From positions 50,468,001 through 50,532,000 of the forward strand of contig OZ024742.1 of the NCBI GenBank assembly GCA_964016885.1: a DNA stretch of 64,000 bases, in the 5' to 3' direction. This DNA comes from Eledone cirrhosa (Eukaryota). Under the pieces are notes generated by a model. It searched no databases. It was not told the origin of the DNA and worked only from the letters and a program-made list of their open reading frames with translations. Positions 13,411 through 27,108 of the stretch are shown piece after piece. Both the position numbers and the translations under genes were made by a program. Each line of letters starts with the position of its first letter. Positions within the stretch are counted from its first letter, which is position 1.

Positions 13411-16108
13411 TTTTACTGGAGAACAATAATTCTAAATCTGTACAAATGTGGTATTTGAAACACTTAAATTCAGCGTGTGTCTATGGATGTGGTGTGCGTA
13501 TGTGTGATGTTGTCTGTATGAGTATGCGTGTGTGGATGTGTATGTATATATGTATGTATGGTTGTATATTTGTGTGTGTGTATCGGCGAATAACGATCGA
13601 TAATAATAATCGATTCATACTGTACCGGTATCAATAAGATCACCGAAACTATGATTTTTAACTCTATATGGCCCCAGAGCAGATGAACGACAGAAACCAT
13701 ATGAAAGTTCTGATTTATTTTTGTTGTTATTGTGTATTTGCATTGTTGACTGTATGTGTATGGTTCTTTGAAAATATGTCATAAGACCATTGACCGCTGT
13801 AGTGGCATTGACTATTAAACAATTCTTTCCATAGATAACGAAGCTAATATTCTCAGAAATCACACACCGACAGCAGAGAATCGAAAAGAAGAAACGTCTT
13901 ATTTTTCACTAGTCTAAAATTATCACTGGAGTTGCACAGCGATACACAGTGTGATATTTCATATATCAGTTGTAATATATCTCACATAGAATCGTTCAGA
14001 ATGTATCCAGAAATATGTTTCCCACTTATCAAAATTGAAATAGAAATAAGTTGATTGTTGATACTTTAGGTTTAGCACAATGTCAGCTCTGATCGAGCAG
14101 TTCAACGATCAAAGACAACCCAGCTGTGAATGTTCCATCCTTTCATAACTAAATCGAATGCAATTAGACAAAAGAACATAATGTATATAAAGCCAATATT
14201 ATGTTTATAAAGGTACAACGATATGCACGTTTTATTCAGTCTGAAAGGAGTATTATCGACATTTTCTTTTGCGTGTCAGGGTTTCGCCAAACTGCTCGTT
14301 AATATTTTGGTAGCGCTCATCGTCAATGAAGGCGGGGTTTCACCCTCACCACCCGTACATATATATATATATATAGATATATATATATATATATAGGGAG
14401 TGGGTAAGTGATTCTGAGCTTGTACGAAGCATTCGATTGAAGATACATATCTAAACGCTTCTATCTCATTTAATTTACGCCAGTGCTTTCTGTGAGGAAA
14501 TCTCTGGTGGTTCCAGTCTTACTGGGAGGTTTGGTAATGGGCGGCAATTTCCAAATTCCCCAGTAATGTAACATTCAACAAGTTGCTTGGAGAGAAGCCA
14601 AAATACATATAACATTTACTGCAAACAAGCGTCGAAATCAAATTTGCTTTAATTTACACGGAATCTCTCTGAATACGATGAATGAAATTTGCCATCATCA
14701 TCATCATCATCATCATCCTCATCATCATTATCATCCTCATCATCACCAATACTGACGTCACAACCACCAGGATTATCATGATAAACGAAATGTATGAGCA
14801 ACAGTAACCGAAGAAACACTAACTGTTGTAACATTTTGTTTTTATTCCGAGTGCCAAAACAAAATCTAAACATACTTATATATTTAGCATCAGAAATACA
14901 TCAGCCGTTGAAGAAACGTCAAAACAATGAATATAAACGTAAATTTATTCTGTCAACATGGTTCAATTTTCCCTTTTCACATTGGCGTCACGGTTTTATA
15001 AAGCTGTTAAATTTTAAAAACGTTTCTTCGCTGTGCACATAATTTCCTAAATACAAAAGTATCAAAATAATGTTGTACAGTCATTCCTTTTCAAAGAATA
15101 GTTACAAACCATAAACAAATCTTTATTGAAAAATGTGTTTGATGATACGATGAAATTTACTCTTAGTGTGGCCGTATTCATATCTAACAAATATAGCGTA
15201 TGTAATTCATAATGTCAGTTAAGATTTATGCAGGGTTGACTTGCTTACACTTTCAAAATGCTGAGGATAAAGCGCAACCGAAAACGTCAGCAAACGATTT
15301 ATTTCATCATCTAATAGGTACTACTTTGGTTAGCAATACTGTGAATCAACAATTAACTTACATACTACATCAAAGCTAGCCCTATTTGACACCACGCATG
15401 AATAGTCTGTATACACACAAACATCAGATCTAACACACTGGTAAAGAACCTACTCAAAGTGAGCTGATTTAAGGCTAAACAACAATAGAGGGAAGTTGAT
15501 AATACTATATAAAAAATCTACATTATTGGCACTACAAATATGAACAATGAATGAAGCTAATATGATGAAATATTATGATATACGTTATCAGAGGGTTTCA
15601 AACATGAAACAGCAAGAATTGAAGCATTCCCCTTTTAGCTTAATATATATTAGGACAATTTAGTAAGTACTATGTTATTTTGTAAACAGAGGAAATTAAC
15701 TTCAGTGTATTAAAATTACCGTACAAAAGTGATTAATTGGCTCATGAGAAAGAAACAACAACAATTAAATTTTAATTAAATACATTTTAAGTACGCAAGC
15801 AAGAAAGGGATGAAAATATTAGTTCGCAGCCTAAAATTAATTAGATCTGAAATTTGACTAGGACAGTGGCAATATCGGAATATGTCAGTTTTAATAAATA
15901 TCCACGACGAACTACATTGGTATATGATCACTACACAAACACACACACACACATATATATACATACACACACATACACACTCACACATGCACATACACAC
16001 ACATATACACATACACACACAAATACACACATACAATCACACACACACACATGTATATATATATGTATATGTACATATATATATATACATAGATATATAT
16101 ATATATAT

Positions 16109-16207
16109 AACGAAGGAGTTGTGGTAAGGAACCAGATGGACCATAACGCACCAGAAATAGCCGTCGAAACGGCTTGAGCTCTGCCGTCGGGGTCATACTT
16201 TTTCCTA
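16109..16207. mobile_element. ~100 bp minimal PLE fold-back insertion (family of 39127-41845) in (TA)n
   Basis: Inverted tail AACGAAGG..CGCACCAG fused via CCAG to the sense end CCAGAAATAGCCGTCGAAACGGC..TTTTTCCTA. Confidence 0.75.
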
Positions 16208-16267
16208 TATATATATATATATACATAATATATTAATAAATGTAAACTATATTAATAAAATCATATT

Positions 16268-16333
16268 TATGTTATTATATATATTTCAAGGGCAACCAAG
16301 GCAAATTATGGTGCGCTTTCATCAGATAAATTA
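16268..16333 (-). ncRNA. Hammerhead ribozyme motif (type I)
   Basis: Reverse-complement copy of 17762-17827; stem I has mismatches. Confidence 0.65.
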
Positions 16334-16679
16334 GAGATTTGTTTTATAAATAAATATTGACATATCAGGAAAAAAAGACAACCTTAACGGTTGGAGCTTC
16401 ATGGATAGTGGAGATAATATTTTATTGAGGGTAATAATATTTTTTTATTATCTCTATTTCATACCTTGTTATGACTACTTGACATTCTTTTAAGAAAAAT
16501 TTTACTTTCTGAAGTTTCAGGGAAAATTCTTGGTAAATCATTTGAAAGTTCCTTTGAAAGATATGGAAAAACCATTATTTTCATATCTTCCAATATTTTA
16601 TATCTTCAATCATTTTAAATATATATCCAAATACTTATATATATGTGGAATGACATATGTTTTTTATATATATGTGGAA

Positions 16680-16890
16680 TAACCTATGGTTTATGTTTTA
16701 ATTATATTCTTAAGATAATTTTTTTAACTTTATAACATTTATGACTTCTTATAAAATAACCTATGGTTTATGTTTTAATTATTCTCTTAAGATACATTTA
16801 TGACTTCTTATAAAATAACATGGTTTATGTTTTAATTATATTCTTAAGATACATTTTTTAACTTTATAACATTTATGACTGCTCATAAAA
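16680..16890. repeat. Three imperfect tandem units of ~60-80 bp (AATAACCTATGGTTTATGTTTTAATTAT..ACATTTATGAC)
   Basis: Direct reading. Confidence 0.7.
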
Positions 16891-17761
16891 ATGTTTTTAA
16901 ACATTTTTTAAAAGGTTTTTTTTATGTATCCTTGAAGCCATTTGAGCTCTTAAAAAATCTCTTCTAAATTCCTTTATACTTCCTTACTGTTTTTATAATG
17001 TAATTAAGTAGTGTTGCTTTGTAAACTCTCGTAAATTTTTCTAAATTTTGAATTATTTGGATGTTTAAGTTTTGACTTACAACTATTAATAAATATAATT
17101 TTGCCAAACTTACTTTAATCTAACAAACTATACTAGATATTATCTAATGTAAAATGCTATACATTTAAATAATTTATAATCCATAACATACACATCAAAA
17201 CCAATATATTATTAATAATACATATTAATATAATATAAATACTTCTATTTTAATTTTAATTTTTAATTTTTAATTTTTAATTTTAATATTATATTAAATT
17301 AAATTTTTAATATTAAATTTAATTTTAATCTTTAATTTTGATTTTTAATTTTTAATTTTAATCTATTTTTTAAATTTTAATCTAATTTTTCAACTTATTA
17401 TAAATATTATAATCACAACGTAATGAACCCTACATTCTAAACATTATTCTTCCACGTTAATCTTATTTCTTCTTTCACTTTGACTATCTTCACTATCACT
17501 ATGTATATTCGTTATTTCTTTCTTTCTTTCTTCTCTCTTTCTCATTCCTTTTCATCTCTCTCCCTTACATATCCTCTTCTTCCAACAGTTTAATATGAAT
17601 AAACCGTTATCTTTTCAACTTTTCGTACACTCATTTGCATACTCACTCATAACTTTTGTATTACGCTCAATAAAATGTTATCTCCACTAACCAGGAAGCT
17701 CCAACCGTTAAGGTTGTCTTTTTTTCCGGATATGTCAATATTTATTTATAAAACAAATCTC

Positions 17762-17827
17762 TATTTTATCTGATGAAAGCGCACCATAATTTGCCTTGGT
17801 TGCCCTTGAAATATATATAATAAAATA
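17762..17827 (+). ncRNA. Hammerhead ribozyme motif (type I, palindromic minimal stem III)
   Basis: TATTTTAT-CTGATGA-AAGCGCACCA(loop)TGGTTGCCCTT-GAAA-TATATATA-ATAAAATA; perfect 8-bp stem I. Confidence 0.8.
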
Positions 17828-17995
17828 AATATGGTTTTATAAATATAGTTTCCATTTACTAATATATTGTGTATTTACTCCACAAACTTGTTGAGTGTTT
17901 TATATCAGTTATAAAAGTGTTTAAGCTTGTTGAATCCCAACAAATTAAATATAACCTGTGCATACATATACAGTTATATATATATTATATATATA

Positions 17996-18034
<39 letters not shown>

Positions 18035-18054
18035 TATTATATATATATATATAA

Positions 18055-18132
<78 letters not shown>

Positions 18133-18242
18133 AATATTTACATATATATATAAAGTCATAGATATATATATATGTGTTTTGCAACCGGTCACGTTGTGGC
18201 TCAATGAGAAACTAATAAATTAAATTAATATAATCAGAGCTA

Positions 18243-18573
18243 TATATCATAAAATATGTCTTTAGAAATATAATTTCCATTTATTAATGTCTTTGGTATG
18301 TACGCAATTATTATTCTTCTAAGTTCTATTTTACACCTATTTGTGTTTAGTTGACTGTATATCTGGTCGATTTTTACATGCTGTCGAAATGTTGGATAAA
18401 TAATTTATTGTAGCCACCGCGAAGGGGCTGCTTTCGGTTATTTGTCGAAGATTTCTTCATGGGAGCCTTTATTCTTATAGCTTGGTCTAATTGATTTTTA
18501 TATGGTTAATTATACTAATTGGGAGAGGGAATGGTATATATTATATCTTGTGATTCTAAAGACATATTTTATG

Positions 18574-18578
<5 letters not shown>
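18243..18578. mobile_element. MITE-like or fold-back element with perfect 25-bp terminal inverted repeat
   Basis: TATATCATAAAATATGTCTTTAGAA (18243-18267) is the exact reverse complement of 18554-18578. Confidence 0.55.
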
Positions 18579-18830
<252 letters not shown>

Positions 18831-19151
18831 TAATATAGTTATATCTATATATGTTTAACACAACTATAAATATGGAGGGTAGTACTAAGTACTAGCCAGT
18901 TACCGGTACACTTTCAACAAGTGGTGCCTGTAATTGGGTTCTGTCAAGCATAATATCTTTTTAACTCCTGACTCTCCACATGATGCCTTTGACACTAAAC
19001 ACAATTATGTACCGTAAATGTTGTAAATGACTAGGTTTTTAGTCACATGTTTTGACTTTCAGTATGCTCCGATGGATCCAGAGTTCCCTCTGGAAGAAAC
19101 AATTGTCAGCAAATAAATGTTCTAAACTAAAATATGATCTTTTTAACATTT

Positions 19152-19187
<36 letters not shown>

Positions 19188-19438
19188 TTAAAACAATGGA
19201 ATAAACAAATCAACTCATTAGAAATATACTTCACTGGTTTACGATCGTTTCTAGGTGATGATAATATATTGTAACTATACATCGTTATCGATCTATGTAA
19301 GGTTAATTACAAAATATCAGATAAAGAGAATATTTACTTACATGCATGTCACCAGCTGTTGTCAAATGCAATGTATATATATATATACAATATATATACA
19401 ATATATTAATAAATGGAAACTATTTCTAAAACCATAAT

Positions 19439-19503
19439 TATTTTATTATATATATTTCAAGGGCAACCAAGCCAATCCTTGTGTGCTTTCATCAGATAAA
19501 ATA
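19439..19503 (-). ncRNA. Hammerhead ribozyme motif in a solo PLE end-fragment (~19398-19553)
   Basis: Minus strand TATTTTAT-CTGATGA-AAGCACACAAG..CTTGGTTGCCCTT-GAAA-TATATATA-ATAAAATA. Confidence 0.75.
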
Positions 19504-19551
19504 CATTTGTTTTATAAATAGTGACATAACCATGGAAAACAGCCCTGACGG

Positions 19552-19618
<67 letters not shown>

Positions 19619-19623
<5 letters not shown>

Positions 19624-21826
19624 ATACTTTGGGAGGGTCATGTTGCCAATAAGAATCACACGCACCAGTTGCTTTCACTTTAATTTATTATAATAAATTT
19701 ATAAATTTAGGAATTTATAAATGTCCGGCTGGTTGGCCGGCTCCACAATTAGATGGTTGTTTATATATTGTCAAAGTTCTTTCGTCACACATTCTGTGAC
19801 CGCCTCAGTGACTGGGGATTCTTTTCTTTGTTTTTGTGCCTCTCCTTTGTGCTGTCCCACGCCATCTTGTTTCTGTGTGTGTGTTGTGTGCTCAGTGTGC
19901 GTATGCGCCACATCCGTGTGTCGTTTATTTATATGTTTATTTACATGTTACAGGTTGGTTGTTTGTTCTATGTGCGTGTGTATTTTCATTTTGTCCTTAA
20001 TTGTAAGTTGTGTTGTTGCTGTTCCACTCATGTTTTCTATTTAATTTTGGTTGTAATTCTTTTATGTTTATTGCCTCTGTGATTTGTCGAAACATTGCTT
20101 TTTTTTCTGTGTGTAGATTCCATTTTTATTTCTATGTTCTCTAATTTACCCTTATGTTCTATTTTAGCATGTTGGTAGAGTACAGATGATTCTTTACTAT
20201 CTTGAAGGTCTCGCCAGGGTTCATTTATCCGTTCCCCTACACTACGAGCTGTCTCACCTATGTACACTATATTTTTGTCTCTGCATTGTCCGTCAGTACA
20301 TCTTATGCTATATACTACATTTCTAGTTTTACAGTTAATATGGGGGCTCAATTTACAGGCTATACATTTCTTGTCTATACAGGGGGGTCTTTGAAAAGGG
20401 TATGTCTTGCTAATAAGTGTTTTTACGGATGTTGATTTTGGTATGGTCCGAAACAGCTGAGTTTCGGTGGATCAGATATTTGGAAGTCATGGCTTTGACA
20501 TAATGGGACTGGAGGATTTGTTAATAACAAAAAACAAATCAACATACTGATTGCGAATTTGGTACGGGTGATAAGAAACGTGTCACGCATGTGCAACCCC
20601 GAAGAACTAGAGAGACACATACAACACTTCATCCACCGTATGCAGTTCACTGCTTACAATCAGAGAGATAAAATCAGAGTGTATAGAGGAGTCAGAACCA
20701 AATGGGAAAAAATGGTAAATAATGACACAAATGGGACCTACCCCTTGTATAGGAGCAAATTTTGGAATAGAATAGAAAGAACTAGGAATAAGGCTAATAG
20801 AATAAACTCATGGTATGATATCAATAAATACCAGAGTGTAATGTTCATCGATACAACCCCTAGAGGTGAATTAGCTTACAAATTTAGAAGGGCCCTAGAT
20901 AAAAATAAACTCTATATTAAGATAGTAGAAAGACCAGGTACCTCCCTAAAAATACTTATTAGCAAGACATACCCTTTTCAAAGACCCCCCTGTATAGATA
21001 AGAAATGTATAACCTGTAAATTAAGCCCCCATATTAACTGTGAAACTAGAAATGTAGTATATAGCATTAGCTGTACTGAAGGACAATGTAGAGACAAAAA
21101 TATAGTGTACATAGGTGAGACAGCTCGAGTGTAGGGGAACAGATAAATGAACCCTGGCGAGACCTTCAAGATAGTAAAGAATCATCTGTACTCTACCATC
21201 ATGCTAAAATAGAACATAAGGGTAAATTCGAGAACATAGAAATAAAAATAGAATCTACACACAGAAAAGACGCAATGTTTAGACAAATCACAGAGGCAAT
21301 AAACATAAAAGAATTACAACCAAAATTAAATAGAAAACATGAGTGGAACAGCAACATCACAACTTATAATTAAGGACAGAATGAAAACACACACGCACAT
21401 AGAACAAACAACTAACCTGTAACATGTAAATAAACAAATAAATAAAAGAATACAAACACACACAGACACCCGGATGTGGCGCATGCGCAGACTGAGCACA
21501 CAACACACACACAGAAACAAGATGGCGTGGGACAGAACAAAGGAGAGGCACAAAAACAAAGAAAAGAAGCCCCAGTCACTGAGGCGGTCACAGAATGTGT
21601 GACGAAAGAACTTTGACAATATATAAACAACCATCTGGTTGTGGAGCCGGCCAATCAGCCGGAAATTTATAAATTCCTAAATTTATAAATGTATTATAAT
21701 AAATTGAAGTGAAAGTACCTGGTGCGTGTGTTTCTTATTGGCAACATGACCCTCCCAAAGTATAAAAATATCGGTTTCAACACACGTTTTCAGATAAAGA
21801 ATCTTGATAAACAAATTCAGAAACCA
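19619..21826 (+). mobile_element. Penelope-like element (Nematis-like), 5'-truncated fold-back: 19619-20410 is the reverse complement of ~20957-21770
   Basis: ORF 20559-21134: RT C-terminus/linker SVMFIDTTPRGELA..IKIVERPG, Cys cluster, GIY-YIG NVVYSISC..YIGETAR; inverted copy in ORF 20037-20351(-). Confidence 0.85.
20559..21345 (+). pseudogene. PLE ORF C-terminus (thumb/linker + GIY-YIG endonuclease), frameshifted after YIGETAR
   Basis: The inverted arm keeps the frame ETARSVGERINE..SVLYQH; the plus copy continues ..RQITEAINIKELQPKLNRKHEW. Confidence 0.8.
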
Positions 21827-22299
21827 AATATATATATATATATTGGTACATTGACATTTGCTTAAATATCGGCAGGCCCCTCTCATTTAATTACTGAAGA
21901 AGAAATATCCTCATATAAACTGTGTATACAAACAAATTTTTGTAAATGCCTACTAGATGTCAATAAAGAATAAGGAGCGAATGGCTAGAATACTCTGCAT
22001 ATACTGTAACAGACGTGCTTTTGATTCCAGAGTCAGGCTAGATCGATACAGATCGAACCTTGAACTGATAAACAGCGAACTGTACATCACTGCTCAATAA
22101 ACGTAATGAAGGCGTAACCTTTCCTCCTTTTCCTATTATATTTACACTCTGTTTAGTTATACACCTCGTTACAGAGGGGGATGTTCGCATCGAGTCCTCA
22201 CTTGGGTGAACCTAGAGTGACAGCACATTACATATATATATATATATATAGATAGATATATATATATAGATATATATAGATATAGATATATAGATATAT

Positions 22300-22396
<97 letters not shown>

Positions 22397-22788
22397 TAGA
22401 TATATAGATATATAGATATATATACATATATATATACCCGTGTGAATGAACCGTAAGAGTTTGAATTCATGATATAGATATTTATCTTAATTCCATAGAG
22501 AATATTATAGGTTTATTACTACAAGAACCATATAAGAGAACATGAAAACTATTTCCTTAGCAAGGTGATTTATGGCACCAACATTATTAAAGCATATCTT
22601 CTAATAAATTGTTCTAATTAATAATAAACCTGGTAATTAATTTTAATTATAAAATACTTCAAAGATCAAGAACTTGAGGATTTCCCGAATTATGCCAAAT
22701 GTATTATAATCAGATGAAATTAAAAATTGCCGTCAACGCTTTTAAAAAATTATTATACACAAAAAAACACACACACACACACACAAAC

Positions 22789-22843
<55 letters not shown>

Positions 22844-22844
<1 letters not shown>

Positions 22845-23441
22845 CAGAACTTATGTTTACCGAATTCGCAGACCAGACCCCTTCTTCCTCCTGTTAGACC
22901 TGTGCGAAATTCCTTCCTTGCTCACATTTCAACCAGGTTTGATGGGCTTTATTCTCTCGTTCACGATTCCACCCGAATTTTATTCTTAGAAATCTGGACT
23001 TGTTTCTTTCTTCTTCATCACTTTCTGTTGCTTAAACCATTTTGTTTGTTTACCCTAGCGTCCCGTTTATTTACGTGTCCCAACGACTTTTTTTAGCCGT
23101 TGCTCGCACCAACCTGAGATATATGGCCTTTAAAGCGACGAAATGCCTACGACGGTTGGAAGGCCACTGATGAAGGACAAACTTTTTCATATGTAACCCA
23201 TTTGCAACGCCGCAGCTCCATTATTACCATATTTACACATATATTTTTTCCTCCGCTGCTACCCGTCTGTTTCGTTCTTTGTATCTTTACCCTTTCAAGC
23301 AGTTTCTCTCTCTCTGTTAGCCTCTTCCTCACCTTTCACTCACTCATTCTCTGTCACTACCTCTCCTCCTCCCCATTCTTCCCGTTTGACCTGTCCGTAA
23401 TCCTTTTCTCGCGCGCACTTGTCCAAGCCGGTATGAATTTT

Positions 23442-23513
<72 letters not shown>

Positions 23514-23870
23514 GCGACTTCACAGAACTTATGTTTACCGAATTCGCAGACCAGACCCCTTCTTCCTCCCGTTAGACCTGTGCGAAATTCCTTCCTTGCA
23601 CACATTTCAACCAGGTTTGATGGTCTTTATTCTCTCGTTCACGATTCCACCGAATTTATATTCATAGAAATCTGGGACTTTTTTCTTTCTTCTTCATCAC
23701 TTTCTGTTGCTTAAACCATTTTGTTTGTTTACCCTAGCGTCCCGTTTATTTACGTGTCCCAACGACTCTTTTTAGCCGTTGCTCGCACCAACGTGAGGTA
23801 TATGGCCTTTAAAGCCACGAAATGCCTACGACGGTTGGAAGGCCACTGATGAAGGACAAACTTTTTCATA
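22844..23870 (+). mobile_element. Non-coding (TA)n-inserted element, ~1.5 tandem units of ~678 bp (pseudo-LTR/retrozyme-like), carrying a conserved structured core
   Basis: 22844-23190 is repeated at 23522-23870; homologous to 41874-42582 and, more distantly, 24320-25292. Confidence 0.8.
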
Positions 23871-23939
23871 TATATATATGTATACAAACACAATAATCAT
23901 TGTAATTATTGCCCTCGATCGTTATACAACATTACATAT

Positions 23940-24291
<352 letters not shown>

Positions 24292-24319
24292 TATATGTAT
24301 GTATATATATGTATATATA

Positions 24320-25288
24320 TAAAAAAAACATGGGAAGAAACAGGAAAACTGCGTGGTTGCACATGGGTTACATATTATAAAATTTGTCCCTCATCAGTGA
24401 TTTGTCAACCATCATTGGTATTTCAACGCATTAAAAATCATATACCCCAGGTTGGTGTGAGCAATAACTAAAATAAGCTATTGGGACAAGTGAATCGCGT
24501 AAAGCGAGTGTGACAATTAAACAACGTAGAATGAAAAGCATACCGAAGGTAGGAAAAAAGCAAGCAACATGATGGTTATCGGATCAGCGTTAGCAGAGTG
24601 AATTTCATGAGCGGTCAGAAAACAGACCGTCCGAAGTGAATGAGATGTGAGAAAAAAGAATCCCACTACTAACGAACTGGAGGAAGTGAGAAGGGGAGAA
24701 ACAGAGAGTGAGTGAGTGGAAGTGCGAGGAAGAGGTCAGTCGAGAGAAAGTGTAACTGACAGAGGGGGCGAAAGAAGGTGAGAGAAACAGAGAGAACGGG
24801 GCAGCAGAAAGAGAGAAACAGACAATCGTAGTCGAGGTAAATATGTATAAAAAACATGGGAAGAAAGAGAAAAATGCGTGGTTGCACATGGGTTACATAT
24901 TATAAAATTAGTCCCTCATCAGTGATTTGCCAACCATCATTGGTATTTCATCGCATTGAAAATCATATACCTCAGGTTGGTGCGAGCAATAACTAAAATA
25001 AGCTATTGGGACAAGTGAATCGCGGAAAGCGGGTGAGACAAGTAAACAACGTAGAATGAAAAGCAAACCGAAGGTAGGAAAAAAGCAAGCAACATGATGG
25101 TTATCCGATCTGCATAATCTGAGTGAATTTCATGAGCGTTCAGAAAACAGACCGTCCGCCGTGAATGAGATGTGAGAAAGAAAGAATCCCACTACTAACG
25201 AACGGGAGGAAGTGAGAAGTGAAGAAACAGAGAGTGAGTGAGTGGAAGTGCGAGGAAGAGGTCATTCGAGAGAAAGTGTAACTGACAG

Positions 25289-25292
<4 letters not shown>
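24320..25292 (-). mobile_element. Non-coding (TA)n-inserted element, ~1.85 tandem units of ~525 bp; diverged relative of 22844-23870
   Basis: TCATCAGTGA at 24391 and 24916; shares the structured core and a CT-rich segment. Confidence 0.8.
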
Positions 25293-25348
<56 letters not shown>

Positions 25349-25422
25349 TATGTATATGTATATGTATATATAGTGACGAAACATAAGTCAATTGCATGAA
25401 CTCATAATCCTTTATTTACTGT

Positions 25423-25478
25423 ACTGCTATATATATTTCGATGATAGCCATAGAATGGTTATGACCTCTTCAGGCAAT
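25423..25478 (-). ncRNA. Hammerhead ribozyme motif (type I)
   Basis: Minus strand ATTGC-CTGAAGA-GGTCATAACCAT(tct)ATGGCTATCATC-GAAA-TATATATA-GCAGT. Confidence 0.7.
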
Positions 25479-26108
25479 TAGTCAGTTCTTAGACATGCCA
25501 GCTCTGTGTGAATAGTATTTATGGTATCAGAGCCTTGGGACATATGAGCTTGTTAGGAATACTTTGATGTTGTCAGCAGGTATAGTCTTGATTCTCATTG
25601 GTCAGTTTGTAGATAGTAGTAGGTGGCTATTTGACCTCAAAGAGGCAGGTGGTTCTGTAAGCTTCAAACCGTCAGACAAGATGACAATAGTTCCACATGA
25701 CTGATTTTCACAAAAGACATTCTTGGTCAGATATATTTTCAAGTAAGGTTAATAGTATGAAATAGATACTACAGGTCATTCATAAATTGAGGAATGGTGC
25801 TAATGAAAATTATGCTTGGAGTAGAAATTTAGAAATAAAAAGGCTTATATAGGTTGGCTTGTACTACACCCACACCCACCTCCACAGACACACACACACA
25901 TCCACACATACAACAAGTGGAGTGGAAATACTTAATATAATGGTTAGAGTCCAATACTTAGATAGTTTAGAAAATTTAGAAATAAAATGTTTATGCTGGT
26001 TCACTTGTAGATACAATCACACCTACCCCCACAAACACTCACAAATCTACACACACAAAACCATACAGGTGTGTATATATATATATGCATGCATGTACGC
26101 ACGAGTAT

Positions 26109-26186
<78 letters not shown>

Positions 26187-26584
26187 TATATAATATATAT
26201 ATATAATATATATATATATACACAGAATATACATATATATAAAATATATACATACAAACATATAAAAAAATATATATATACATAGAATACTCACACACAC
26301 ACACACAATATATACACAATATGTGCAGTATTAGTTCACATGGATCCTCGTGAACTGATACTGCACACATAAGTGTGAAACGAAGCTAGATTCGTATCAG
26401 CAAAATACAGTTATAAGGTTTGTGATTTAAAACTCCAATCCAGAGATTTGATTCTGAACTGGTTTTTTTCTATTTAATTGATAACCTGTAGATATTGTTC
26501 TTTATACATTAACGGTAAAATCACTTGTAATAATTCTTTACACACATCTCACTGTGTAACACACTTCTCTTTGTGTAATATATA

Positions 26585-26646
<62 letters not shown>

Positions 26647-26696
26647 AGTATGTGTGTATACGTACATACATATATGTATACAGACGTACAGTAGCA

Positions 26697-26740
<44 letters not shown>

Positions 26741-27045
26741 CAGGTACACATACATATATGCACGTATCAGTTTAGCAGACGCTTATTATAACGTCGCTTT
26801 GTTCGTTTGTAAACAAACTGAACAGCCTGAATGTTTATGCCGTACGGTGTTAAGGCAACCACGTCACCTTTTTGTTCAACACTGACACAGGAACGATGTA
26901 CTAGTTTCAAGCTTGTTAGCTATCATCAGCACCGTATACATATCTGCCAGATAGTTGACGTTCGAAAGTATATACTTTCCTTATGAAAATTAACGGCTGA
27001 GCCGTACTAAGAGTGAGAAATGAAATTTCGTTTTCATTTTTTTTC

Positions 27046-27108
<63 letters not shown>

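Larger units (their letters stand above)
16226..17963 (+). mobile_element. Non-coding PLE-derived fold-back element (arms 16226-16436 / 17659-17868, tail to 17963)
   Basis: ~210 bp inverted arms, each with a hammerhead; terminus and tail homologous to the 30863-34806 element; (TA)n flanks. Confidence 0.8.

Noticed and set aside
15259-15293. CTGAGGA..GAAAACGTC hammerhead-like string
   Set aside because: Stem II and stem I do not pair; at best a decayed relic.
16680-16890. CRISPR-like repeat array
   Set aside because: The tandem units are contiguous without unique spacers, the context is eukaryotic and there are no cas genes.
19050-19130. Possible host exon after TTTGACTTTCAG (CSDGSRVPSGRNNC or YAPMDPEFPLEETIVSK*)
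   Set aside because: Short, no recognisable domain and no supporting neighbouring exons; cannot be supported without RNA data.
21765-21826. Antisense CTGAAAA..GAAACCGATA in the PLE tail, ending exactly at the tail-less boundary
   Set aside because: The core is not CTGANGA, stems I and II do not form, and it is antisense to the ORF. The coincidence is explained by TA microhomology.
23109-23159. k-turn hairpin as a SECIS element (Naiad PLEs can encode selenoproteins)
   Set aside because: The polarity is reversed: the bulge is on the 3' strand and the G.A-side stem faces outward, whereas a SECIS has 5' AUGA followed by an ~11-13 bp helix II and apical AA. No linked UGA-containing ORF was found.
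23140-23180. GAAA ... CTGATGA read as a canonical type II hammerhead
   Set aside because: There is no UH cleavage site after a valid stem III, no stem I and no stem II pairing in that register.
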